Assembly (NCBI RefSeq): GCF_006345805.1
Contig: NC_043010.1
Span: 22,320,001 to 22,384,000 of the forward strand
Direction: 5' to 3'
DNA length: 64,000 nucleotides
Origin: Octopus sinensis
Taxonomy: Eukaryota
Part shown: piece after piece, positions 1-13,984 of the stretch
How positions within the stretch are numbered: position 1 is the stretch's first letter
How the letters are laid out: every line of letters starts with the position of its first letter
Notes under the pieces: model-generated
The model's database searches: none
What the model saw: the letters and a program-made list of their open reading frames with translations, nothing else
What the model was told of the DNA's origin: nothing
Position numbers and translations under genes: made by a program

Positions 1-267
1 ACCAACACCGGTTGTCAAGAGGTAGTGAGGGACAAAGACAGACACAGAGAAACACAGAAACGCACACATATATGCGTGTATTTTATATATATATATTTAT
101 GTACATACATATAAAAATGACGGACTTTTCTGTTTCCGTTCGTCATATCCCCTACAAAGCATTAGTCGCCTTGAGGCTAGGATAGAAGACCCTTGCCCAA
201 GGTGCCACACTGTGGGACTGAACTCGGATTTGTGTTGCTAGGAAGCAAACTTCTTACCACACGGCCA
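1..267 (-). mobile_element. tRNA-derived SINE family 1 (internal microsatellite), partial diverged copy
   Basis: Same blocks as 681-1140 (ggttgtcaag...gggacaaa; cccaaggtgccac..tgggactgaac..cttaccacac). Confidence 0.8.
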
Positions 268-282
268 TATATATATATGTAT

Positions 283-337
<55 letters not shown>

Positions 338-680
338 CATATATTCACAATCATATATATAACACAAACATGTATACATATATATACATACACACAATAT
401 ATATATATATATATATATTTATAAATATATATATATATATATTATATTAAATTAGAGACAAAACCACTATTAAGCAAATCAAACAATGAAAGACTTAAGC
501 CAATACATATGATCAATTTACATTATTTAAATATGTAACAAAATTATTAAAAAATATAATTAATATCACACTACGATCGTTTCATGCCTGCTGTCTTCAA
601 ATTTTTGAGTCGCAGTCATTCATCAGGTGGTTTAGATATTTTTCTTGGCGAGGTTTAAACAATGAACTATATATATATAT

Positions 681-906
681 TACTCTTTTACTCTTTTACT
701 TGTTTCAGTCAAATGACTGCGGCCATGCTAGAGCACCGCCTTTAGTCGAGCAAATCGACCCCGGGACTTATTCTTTGTAAGCCCAGTACTTATTCTATCG
801 GTCTCTTTTGCCGAACCGCTAAGTGACGGGGATGTAACACACTAGCATCGGTTGTCAAGCAATGCTAGGGGGACAAACACAGACACACAAACACACACAT
901 ACATAT

Positions 907-985
<79 letters not shown>

Positions 986-1136
986 TACGACAGACTTCTT
1001 TCAGTTTCCGTCTACCAAATCCACTCACAAGGCATTGGTCGGCCCGGGGCTATAGCAGAAGACACTTGCCCAAGATGCCACGCAGTGGAACTGAACCCGG
1101 AACCATGTGGTTGGTTAGCAAGCTACTTACCACACA

Positions 1137-1140
<4 letters not shown>
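681..1140 (-). mobile_element. tRNA-derived SINE family 1, full length (resembles described octopus SINEs; named family not verified)
   Basis: Minus strand begins TGGCTGTGTGGTAAG (A-box-like) ... GGTTCAGTTCCAC (B-box-like), internal (TA)n/(TG)n, ends GACTGAAACAAGTAAAAGAGTAAAAGAG; many further copies in window. Confidence 0.9.
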
Positions 1141-1179
<39 letters not shown>

Positions 1180-1220
1180 ATACCTATATAAGTATTCACT
1201 CCTGAATATTTGCACCTGGT

Positions 1221-1793
1221 TATTCTATAAAGAATTATGTTGCATTTTAACCCCAGGCAAATGTTTTTCCCAACTGGTTAATGACACACAACCTGTATCC
1301 GGTATATTGTAGGTAAAGCAGCGAATTATTTCTCTCCAGCTTATAGAACAGCCATGTTAGGGTAGCAAAAGCACCGTTACCGTCTAGTATTTTTACTACT
1401 TATATCTCGTTTAGAGATTTTAGAACTAGCCACTTTACTCATTACGAGATCAGCGACTGTGTGTGGTTTCTCTGTTTATATATTGTGAGTATGGACGATT
1501 GGCTGCCAACTCAGGCAGGTGTCCGGTACGGATGAAGGGTAAAGACCCAGAAAACATGGTCTATTGGTCCTGCCAAGCTGAAGGAAAGTGAATCTCTCAC
1601 TTACCCATAATATACCGGAAACATGTGGTGTGTCATTAACCAGCTGGAAAAGATGTTTTCCAAGGGTTAAAATGTAGTAATATAGTTCTTTATAGAACAG
1701 CCATGTTTTACTGGCAAAAAACGCTACCGTCTAATATTGTTACTACTTATATCTCATTTAGAGAGTTCAGGACTGGTTACTTTGCTCATTTTT
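1221..1793. repeat. Decayed element with inverted plus direct repeats (possible PLE pseudo-LTR remnant)
   Basis: ~1221-1316 is the reverse complement of ~1601-1699; ~1340-1443 is directly repeated at ~1691-1793. Confidence 0.6.
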
Positions 1794-2048
1794 CTAAACG
1801 TTCTCTCATAAATTGTACAAACGATATAAGTGACGGAATGTCTACAGGCTCAACCGACATGCTAAAAATGGTAAACAATTGCCATCAAATCAAAATGGGA
1901 TTAACACAGTGGATGATGTCACAACTACACTATGAATGACAGTCGATAGTCACGGTTGGTAAGCCATTCATTTCCAGTTTGCTCGACGAATTAGAAAATT
2001 ACTATTTTTAAATCTCACATCGAGAGATATTCAGCAACAGCACTTTGG

Positions 2049-2290
2049 AGTAAAGATTGTTTGCCAACATAACATGGCAGTCCTGGTTTAGGACGAATGT
2101 TGCTGTAATTTAGCCCCAGGAGACATGGTCTTCAGCTGGCTACAGGACACGATCTGTTCCCTTGTTCGAAAATATAAGGACACAGATCATGTCGTATAGC
2201 CAGCTGGAGCCGATGTCTCCTGGGGCTAAATTACAGCAATATTCGTTCTAATCCAGGACTGCCCTGTTATGTTGGCAAACAATCTTTACT
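2049..2290. mobile_element. Palindromic MITE-like element (near-complete hairpin)
   Basis: agtaaagattgtttgccaacataac... pairs with ...gttatgttggcaaacaatctttact over >100 bp per arm; a half copy lies at 63794-63926. Confidence 0.85.
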
Positions 2291-2644
2291 GCTCGACCAA
2301 TGTTGACCAGCCTATGACTAAACAACAATAATAACAACTACAAATGCACAAGAACCAAACGTGTAACCAATAGGTCAATGGTTCACACCCGGGCTCCGTA
2401 AGGCCCTCGAGAAGTCCATATACGGTTTTGTTGTTCAAATTTATCTTCAGTAAATTGGTTATATGTCTACAATGCATGGAAAATTTTAACAATTTTTTCT
2501 TAACGATCCCTTACAATAATTAATTATAAAAATGCAATAATTGGTTTTTAAACTTGGAATGGCTATGAGGGTCAATCCGGGTGAAATATGAATCAAGGAG
2601 ATCCATAAGAAGAAAAAGGCCTGAGAACCATCGTTATAGATGTT

Positions 2645-2830
2645 TGCTCGCGCTGCTAGAAATAGTAACTAAAACTTCCTTAAACCACTCACACTCGTCT
2701 TAAAAAAGATGAAACAATTTTGGATGATGCAACCTTTGATATACTATGTTTAATAAAATGACGGGACAACGGTAGTAGCTAGACATTTCAAATTATGCTT
2801 ACTTGGAAAAATAGACCTTAATTAACCTTT
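2645..2830 (+). repeat. Unclassified interspersed repeat (related copies ~42715-42960 and ~62850-62980 on minus)
   Basis: Shared motifs gctagaaatag / cgtcttaaaaaa / gatgggatggtcac between loci; diverged. Confidence 0.45.
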
Positions 2831-3057
2831 AACAATGATTCTTTCACCAATAGACACAAGGCCTAAATTGTGGAGTAAAAAAGCTGGTCTATTCGTCCAT
2901 CCCCAGTGTTCAACTAATACTTTATCGACCCCGAAAGGATGCAAAAGCACAGTTTAATATTTCCTCCCGTGTGTTAATAATACTTCATATTATAAGCACA
3001 AGGTCTAGAAATGGGTGGGTATTCGATTACATTGACCCTATTATTCAACATTCATCT

Positions 3058-3137
<80 letters not shown>

Positions 3138-3150
3138 CATAATAATAATA

Positions 3151-3366
3151 ATCCTTTCTACTATGGGCAGAAGGCCTGAAATTTGGCGGAAGGGGGCCGG
3201 TCGATAACATCGGCCCCAGTGCGTAACTGGTACTAATTTTCTGGACCCCGAAAGGATGAAAGGCAAAGTCGACCTCGGTGGAATTTGAACTCAGAACGTA
3301 ACGGTAGGCGAAATATCGCTAAGCATTTCGCCCGGCGTACTAACGATTCTGCCAGCTCGCCGTCTT
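3151..3366 (-). mobile_element. tRNA-derived SINE family 2 with conserved central domain (GCCTTTCATCCTTTCGGGGTCGATAAA..AGTACCAG) and (ATT)n tail
   Basis: Minus strand GGCGAGCTGGCAGAATCGTTAG...CTGAGTTCAAATTCC...; central domain possibly Meta-domain-like (not verified). Confidence 0.85.
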
Positions 3367-3436
3367 AATAATGATGATGATGATGATGATGATGATTATG
3401 ATGATGATGATGATGATGATGATAATAATAAAAATG

Positions 3437-3482
<46 letters not shown>

Positions 3483-3484
3483 TG

Positions 3485-3569
<85 letters not shown>

Positions 3570-3580
3570 TAATAATAATA

Positions 3581-5809
3581 TACCTATAGTTTTTTAACAG
3601 ACAGCAGCATATTCCCTAATGAACAGAAAGGATGTAACCGTGGATCCTACGGCTGTAAAGACCAACTACTCATCAATAAGATGATCTTAGAAGATTGTCA
3701 CAAACGACACAAAAACTTATCAATAGCTTGGATAGACTATAAAAAGGCTTTTGATAGCCTACCACATAGCTGGATTAGGAAATGCCTTGAAATGTATAAG
3801 ATAGCACCAACTCTGCGAAACTTCTTGACTGTAAGTATGAGATCATGGAGAACCACACTAACTCTGAACAGTGACAGTGAATCCCTAAATGCTGGTGATG
3901 TAAAAATTTCGTGTGGCATTTTCCAGGGTGACTCACTGTCACCACTCCTCTTCTGTTTATCCTTTAATACCTCTCTCAAAGCTGCTCAATGACGCGCAGT
4001 ACGGGTATAAAATGTTTGATAAAAATATAAATCATCTCGTTTACATGGATGATTTAAAGGTTTTTGCAAAAAATAATCAACAACTCAAGGGCTTACTAGC
4101 GATAGTCAAACAATTCAGTGACGACATCAGAATGCAATTTGGCCTCGATAAATGTGCAAAGGCTACCTTTATCAAAGGAAAAATGACAGAAACATCTAAC
4201 GTTAACCTTGACCAACAGAATGTCATAAAAGAACTAGACCCAGCGGAGAGCTACAAGTATCTAGGGGTAATTGAAGGGAACGGAATAAGGCATTCAGAGA
4301 TGAAGGAAAGGATCAGGAGAGAATGCTATCGAAGAGTGAGAGCAATACTCAAGACAGAGCTGAATGCAAGAAGAAACAGATCGAAGCAATCAATGCATTA
4401 GCTATACCAGTCGTGACTTACAGTTTCAATATTGTTAACTGTCAATTACTGAAATATGTCAGCTCGACAGAAAAATAAGGAAACTATTGACAATGCATAG
4501 AATGCACCACCCTAAGGCAGATACAGAACGACTCTATCTGCCAAGGAAAGAGGGAGGCCGTGGTCTTTTGCAACTAGCAATAACAATGAAGATTGCTACA
4601 ATTGGCCTAGACACCTACCTGAAAAACTCTGAGGACTGGATGCTAAAACTTGTCTCAAAACATGAAAACAAGAAAGCATCATACTCAGTCACAAAACAGG
4701 CAAAGGAATATCTAAGTGAATTCCGAATACAACCAATTTCGGAATTAGAGATAGATATACAAGAAACAAGCACAGAAAAAGCTAGGCGCATGAAAACCCG
4801 TGCCAAAACTGCGGCCTTAGATATTCTGAATAATAAATGGCAAGAAAATCCTCTCTATGGCAAATACCCAAAGAGAGCGAATAATGCAGAAATCGACAAA
4901 GCCCTGACCCATCAATGGCTAATGGCCTCTGGCTTAAAATCTGAAACAGAGGGGTTTATCATAGCAGCTCAAGATCAATGCCTACCAACAAGAAACTACC
5001 AGGCCAACATATTAAAGATCAGAAGCAGTCCAACGTGTCGTGTATGCAAGCAACAAAAGGAAACCATTGACCATGTGGTCTCCAAGTGCAGTCTTCTAGC
5101 GCCTACAGAGTATCTCAAAAGGCACGATAGAGCTGCACAATATATTCACTGGGTAATCTGTAAAAACCTGGATTTGCCCCATGAAAAAAACTGGTGGGAA
5201 CACAAATCACCCCAGTGCTTGAAAATGACCACATCTCACTCCTCTGGAACTTCACCATTCAAACTGACAGGAAGATAGATGCAAATAAGCCAGACATCAT
5301 ATTGAAATACTTCAGACAAAGAACATGCCTCCTCATTGATATGACTGTCCCAATCGATATAAACGTATCTGTCAAGACCTACCAAAAACTGAGCAAATAT
5401 AAAGATCTTGAAATAGAAATCAGCAAAATGTGGAAGCTGAAGACTAAAACAATACCTGTTGTCATAGGTGCCCTGGGAATGATAGGAAAAGGGGCTGATA
5501 GCTACCTAACTCAGATACCAGGAAACCCAAAAATGGCAGAAGTTCAAAAGATAGTGCTCATGGGAACTGCTCATATCCTACGCAAAATACTCTCTATGTA
5601 ATCTCAAGGTTTAAAACAAACATAATTTTCGGTTTAAAAAAAAAAAAAACCTTTTTTTTTAGACATTCATTAGTACAACATCCCCACCCCCCAAATATAT
5701 GGCACACTAGGCATAACAACAACATGAACTTCCAACCCTGTTGTCTCTTGAGGTCTCTGGGTGAGACTTGGAGCCAACTTGTACAAATATAAAGCAAAAG
5801 TCAAACATA

Positions 5810-5810
<1 letters not shown>
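3581..5810 (+). mobile_element. 5'-truncated RLE-type non-LTR retrotransposon (R4/Dong-like), copy 1, family A
   Basis: RT motifs [44 protein letters not shown]; zinc knuckle CRVC..ETIDHVVSKC, KRHD, PDII..IDMTVP..K..KY RLE endonuclease; 3' UTR ends in (AAT)n; flanked by (AAT)n. Confidence 0.92.
3614..5601 (+). pseudogene. Frameshifted RT-CCHC-RLE ORF of R4/Dong-like copy 1
   Basis: ORF pieces 3681-3992, 3913-4401, 4487-5278, 5194-5601 are collinear parts of one RT-RLE protein. Confidence 0.9.
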
Positions 5811-5853
<43 letters not shown>

Positions 5854-5855
<2 letters not shown>

Positions 5856-7622
5856 TAGAAGAGGAATATTCCAGGGAGACACGCTCTCTCCACTCCTTTT
5901 CTGCTTGACACTGTCACTTCTATCTGATATGCTAAATAGAACTGGATGCGGATATAAATGTTACGGCAAAACGATCAGCCACCTTTTATATATGGATGAC
6001 CTAAAACTATACGCTGCAAATGACAAACAGCTGGAAACACTATTAAAGACAGTTCATGAAATTTGGATTAGAAAAATGCGCCAAAGTAACCATGAAAAGA
6101 GGAAAACTAGTTAAGAGTAACAACATCACACTAGATAAAACCAATGAAATAAAAGAATTAGACCAAAGCCAAACTTACAAATACTTAGGAATCCATGAAC
6201 TAGATAAGACACAACACACACAAATGAAAGAGAAAATAAAAAAAGAATATTATAGACGAGTTAGATCAAAACTAAAAACAGAGCTCAATGCTAAAAACAA
6301 GATAATAGGTATCAACACTTTAGCTGTCCCAGTTATAAGTTACAGCTACAATATCCTGAACTGGACACGAAATGAACTGTCCAAAATAGATAGGAAAACA
6401 AGAAAAATACTGACAGGATCTAGGATGCATCACCCAAAATCTGACATAGAAAGACTATATATAAAACGTATAGAAGGTGGTAGAGGCCTTATACAGCTGG
6501 AAAACTACTATAAAATAACCACCATAGGACTGCAAAAATACCTACTGCAGAAGGAAGGAAAACTGATCCAGATAGCAGCAAAACACGAGCAAAACAAAAA
6601 ACTGTTCTCAGTATTTAAGGAAGCTGACAAATACAAACAAGAAATCATACCACCCAATAAACACGAAGAAGAAGAAGATGATGAAGAAACAACAAAAGCT
6701 ATAAAACAAATGAAATCCAAACTAAAAATAGAACAGCAACGAACCATGATAAAACGATGGCAAGAAAAGCCCCTTCATGGTAAATACTGCACTAAACTAA
6801 ACGCAAAAGAAATAGACAAAGAAAAATCCCAGCAATGGTTGAGAAGCTCAGGACTCAAAGCAGAAACAGAGGGACTTTTAATTGCAGCACAAGACCAAAG
6901 CCTCCCCACCAGAAATTACCAAAAACATGTAATGAAAAGAAATATTACAAGTAACTGCAGAATATGTGGAGATGGACAAGAAACAATAAATCATATATCT
7001 CTAGCTGCCCAGTCCTGGCTAAGAAGGAATATATTCACAGACATGACAGAGTTGGAACCTACATACATTGGAAGCTATGCCAACATTATGGAATAACAAC
7101 AGAAAAAAGATGGTATAGGCACACACCAGAAAAGGTCACAGAAAACGAGAAAGCAACCATACTCTGGGATATGCCGATACACACAGATAGAGTAATTAAG
7201 GCAAACAGACCAGATATAGTTGTCAGAGATCATGAAGAAAAAAAATGCTTTCTAATTGATGTATCAATACCGGCAGATGACAACGTGTCTCTAAAAGAAA
7301 TGGAGAAACTCTCAAAATACAAAGACCTGGAAATAGAGGTAACTAGAATGTGGAATCTGAAAACAGAAACATTCCCTATCATAGTAGGTGCATTAGGCAT
7401 GATAAAAAAATATTCAGACAAATACATAACAAAAAACACCAGGACTTACAAACACATATAACATACAGAAAATTGCACTACTAGGCACTGCACACATCCT
7501 ACGCAGAACACTTTCCATACAATAACCATCAGAGCATCACAACAAATCACAGCACATACCCAAGGCACACAGAGCTGCGCTCGGTAGTGAAGTGAAAGCA
7601 CGCTATAAAAATAAAACTACTG
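5854..7622 (+). mobile_element. 5'-truncated R4/Dong-like LINE, copy 2, family B (different 3' UTR); frameshifted ORF
   Basis: IRRGIFQGDTLSPLLF, YMDDLK, CRIC..ETINH, HRHD, RPDIV..IDVSIP, K..KY; ORF stop ~7525; 3' UTR unlike copy 1; flanked by (AAT)n. Confidence 0.92.
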
Positions 7623-7626
7623 AATG

Positions 7627-7702
<76 letters not shown>

Positions 7703-7710
7703 AAAAATAA

Positions 7711-8155
7711 TGTCCCAATCGACATAAACGTATCTGTCAAGACCTACCAAAAACTGAGCAAATATATAAAGATCTTCAAATAAAAATTGGCAACATGTGC
7801 AACCTGAAGATTAAAACAATACTTATTGTCATAAATGCCCGAGGAATGATAGCAAAAGGAGTTGATTGCTACCAAGCTCAGATACCAGGAAAACCCAAAA
7901 TGGCAGAAATTCAAAAGATAGTGCTCATGGGAACTTCCCATATCCTACGCAAAATACTTTCTATGTAATCCCAATTTTTAAAACAAACTCATAATTTTCT
8001 TCTGTTTACTTAAACATTCTCTAGAACAATATTATGTACAAAACCAAATATAAGGCACCCTAGGCATAATACCAACTTGAACTTCTAACTTGTTTCTTGA
8101 GGTCTCTGGGTGAGAATTGGTGTCCATTTGTACTAATACAAAGCAAAAGCGAAAC

Positions 8156-8159
<4 letters not shown>
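7711..8159 (+). mobile_element. Short 3' fragment of R4/Dong-like family A, copy 3
   Basis: Collinear with 5347-5810 (tgtcccaatcgac...aaagcaaaag..aaacata); flanked by (AAT)n. Confidence 0.9.
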
Positions 8160-8214
<55 letters not shown>

Positions 8215-8233
8215 TAATAATAATAATAATAAT

Positions 8234-8638
8234 TTGACCTTAACCAGTTGAGCATGTCCCTTAGTGGCTGACGATATGTGCATCTCTGATCACGAGCAGA
8301 AGTAGTGGGGGAGCATCATAGCCATGTGTTGAGTGGGATTCTTTGGGATTTGGATAATTCACCTCTGGAAACATTGGTGTTTCGTTCAACATCCTTAAAC
8401 AATCCTTATTCAGGGACCTTTTGAGCAGGATGGGCTATTCGCCCTGAAGAAAATTCTAACTGGGCCCCACCTGCAAGGTCATGTGCTATTTATCCTGATA
8501 TGACATCACTATGTCGCGCACATATGGTTGTGATGCATGTGCCTAGTGTACCCTTAGTACACTAGTCATGATGGGTGTACTGGGCTTCGTATATTTTACC
8601 CCAGTGTCACTTTGATGGCATGCACTGCTCTCTCACTC
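8234..8638 (+). mobile_element. ~405-bp non-coding element flanked by (AAT)n; putative non-autonomous retroposon
   Basis: Complex non-coding sequence bounded on both sides by (AAT)n, like neighbouring LINE copies; no matching ORF; strand inferred from neighbours. Confidence 0.55.
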
Positions 8639-8658
8639 AATAATAATAATAATAATAA

Positions 8659-8716
<58 letters not shown>

Positions 8717-8733
8717 GTGATAATAATAAAAAT

Positions 8734-9253
8734 AAGATAGATGCAAATAGGCCAGATATCATATTGAAAGTCTTCAGACAAAGAACATGCCTCCTCATTG
8801 ATATGACTGTCTCAATCGATATAAACGTATCTGTCAAGACCTACCAAAACCTGAGCAAATATAAAGATCTTGAAATAGAAATCAGCAAAATGTGGAACCT
8901 GAAGACTAAGACAATACCTGTTGTCATAGGTGCTCTGGGAATGATAGCAAAAGGGGCTGATTGCTACCTAACTCAGATACCAGGAAGCCCCAAAATGGCA
9001 GAAATTCAAAACTTAGGGCTCATGGGAACTGCTCATATCCTACGCAAAATACTTTCTATGTAATCTCAAGTTTTAAAAAAAACATAATTTCCGTATGTTT
9101 TTTTTTAGACATTCACTAGTACAACACTAAATACAAAACCAAATATATGGCACACTAGACATAACAACAACACGAACTTCTAACCTGTTGTCTCTTGAGG
9201 TCTCTGGGTGGGACTTGGAGCCAACTTGTACAAATATAAAGCAAAAGTGAAAC

Positions 9254-9257
<4 letters not shown>
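8734..9257 (+). mobile_element. 3' fragment of R4/Dong-like family A, copy 4
   Basis: ORF 8764-9063 nearly identical to C-terminus of 5194-5601; same 3' UTR; followed by (AAT)n. Confidence 0.92.
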
Positions 9258-9300
<43 letters not shown>

Positions 9301-9316
9301 TAATAATAATAATAAC

Positions 9317-9352
<36 letters not shown>

Positions 9353-9353
<1 letters not shown>

Positions 9354-9785
9354 GTTTCCAATTTTTACACAAGGGCAGCAATTTGTGGGAAAGGCATGAG
9401 TCGATTTTATCGACCCCAGTGTTCAACTGGTATTTATGCAATCCACCCCGAAAGGATGAAATGTAAAATCGATCCCGGCAGAACTTGAACTCACAACGTA
9501 GCGATGTGCGAAATACTGCTAAGCATTTCTTCCGGCTTGCTAACCATTCCACCAGACTTAATAATAAGTCTGGTGAGCTGGCAGGATCGTTAGTACGCCG
9601 GGCAAAATACTTAGCGGTATTTCGTCCGTCTTCACGTTCTGAGTTCAAATTCCGCCGAGGTCGACTTTGCCTTTCATCATCTCAGGCTCGATAAAATAAA
9701 TATCAGTTAAACACTGGGGTCGATTTAATGGACTTAGCCCAGCCTCAAGGCTGCTGGCCTTGCGCCGAAATTAAAAACCAATGAT
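9353..9785. mobile_element. Two family-2 SINEs head-to-head (9353-9560 minus; 9570-9785 plus)
   Basis: ccccgaaaggatgaa on first; gagctggcaggatcgttag...ttctgagttcaaattccgccgaggtcgac on second. Confidence 0.8.
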
Positions 9786-10189
9786 AATATCATCAATGAG
9801 AATAAAATTCCGCTTATATTCTGCTGATAATCAATCCTGAAACATAACGAGTGTCAGATCCCCAGGGCACTGCGACGAGGGGTTCGCTGTTGAAACGCTG
9901 GTTGTATATTATGGAAATAAAGTTACTCATTCCAGAACTAAATCGAAAGTCAATAAATCCAGTTTTAAAGAATCAATCAGAAGCACATCTCCACTCACAA
10001 CTCGCAGATATATTTCTAAACTTCCATGAAGACTAATATTTTTTTAATGTATTTTCCAACGTTTTATAATCTCAGTTCTTTGTGAATTTGTGAGGAAGTT
10101 TTATTTCTGCCATTCACAATGATTCCTGTTTCGAAACAACCACAAACTTCGAGTTTTATTTCTGCGCATCTTTCTTTTCTTCAAAATAA

Positions 10190-12432
<2,243 letters not shown>

Positions 12433-13045
12433 GGTACAATAAAGATAAATTGTTACGTCATTTTTTAAGTAATGTGACTGGGGGAAGACACATTCTATGG
12501 CCTTTGTGTTGTTTGTTGTTTGTTATTTTATCTTTCTTTTTTTATTGTTATGTTTATTTGTATCGTTTATTCGGTAAACTTCAGATGTGACACATTGAGA
12601 TCTATTAGTTTTATCGATTTTCAAGAAGGACAAAAGCGGCTCTATCTCTTTAACTCACAAGGTTTAGTTGATTAATTTGTGTGTATATATATATATATAT
12701 ATAATATATATTATATATATATATATTATATATATATACATACATACATACATGCACAGGCACATATGTACTCATACACGAACATACGGACACATGCGCA
12801 CGCGCTCACACACACGCACACAGACACACAGACATACAGACGCGCGCGTGCAAACATATATATAAGTCTGGAAACCAATGCCAGTGAGAAGTTAGACAAA
12901 CATGTTGGTTGATGCAATAAATATGTATACAACACACACACGCACACCTACACACACACATATATATATATATATACATATATATGTACGTATGTATGCA
13001 TATATACATATTTATGTGCATGTGTTCATATACATACACACACAC

Positions 13046-13242
13046 CGTGTGTACCGTTGGCGATTTTTTTCCTCTGTCTTCTCTTCTCGAGATCTTTCCT
13101 TCTCCTATGTTTCCGACGAAGAGCTCCGCTCGAAACGTTAAACCCTCCTTCTTTTCTTTCCTGAGCGTCCAATAATACTATATTTGTTCCACGTCCTCGC
13201 GTTGTTGTGTTTTTTTTTGTGTTTTCTTGTTTGGATTAACTT
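13046..13242 (+). mobile_element. Solo pseudo-LTR-like unit of a related PLE subfamily
   Basis: Similar layout to 17620-17848 (gaagagc..gctcgaaacgttaaa, ttcctgagcg.c, ttgtt); between (CA/TA)n tracts. Confidence 0.65.
13109..13143 (+). ncRNA. Minimal type-I hammerhead-like motif, core variant CCGACGA
   Basis: GTTT-CCGACGA-A-GAGC(tcc)GCTC-GAA-ACGT-T-AAAC: stems I and II pair, stem III palindromic. Confidence 0.6.
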
Positions 13243-13984
13243 TATATATATGCGTAGGCTCGAAACGTTAAAGACTTGTTTTATTTATATTTCCTGAGCG
13301 CCATACTAATACAATTGTTCGTTTGTTTTCCACCTGCCTTCGTCTTTTGTTTATTTTCATAAAGCTTCCCGTTATATATTATGCGCTCACGTGGTCTCAC
13401 TTTCATCCTATATTCTACCAATACCACTATCAACACTTACCTCTACCTTGGATTTTCTTTACCTCTTGGATACTTACCATTGGCTGCACCTCTCTTTCGC
13501 GGATCAAAGTGACTTTGCATTGATGTGAAATCCTTAAAAAATATACCACGACGTCTACACATTTCTCACCTTGAACTTTCAACCTTGAACTTGTTCGCAT
13601 AAACTGTCCGTTTGTTGTATTTTTATTTTCTCTTATATTACCACTTATTTTACATTCATTTCATGCTTTCCACATTTTCCTGAATTTTTGTTCTCCTTTC
13701 CGTCTTTCTTCCCTCTCTGGATGTCCATACTCCGTTTCCTCTGCCTGCACCCCCCTTTTTTTGCCTCCCCCTCTCTCTGCTTCCCTTCTTTCTTTCCCTT
13801 TTCCGTTTGCCCCGTCTTTTCTGCCCCTATCGCTTACTTATCTAGTTTTTTCATACGATTATTATTTTTTTGTTTTTTTGAACGTTTGTTTTTTCCCCTT
13901 TTTTCGCTTTCCTTTTTTTCATACGATAATTTTTGTTTTTTGTTTTTTTTGTTTTTTCGAGCGTTTTTTTTCCGCTATCCCATC

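Noticed and set aside
13688-13984. N-terminal 99 aa of the 422-aa ORF
   Set aside because: T-rich low-complexity 5' region opened by a TTG start; the PLE protein more plausibly starts at ATG 13985.
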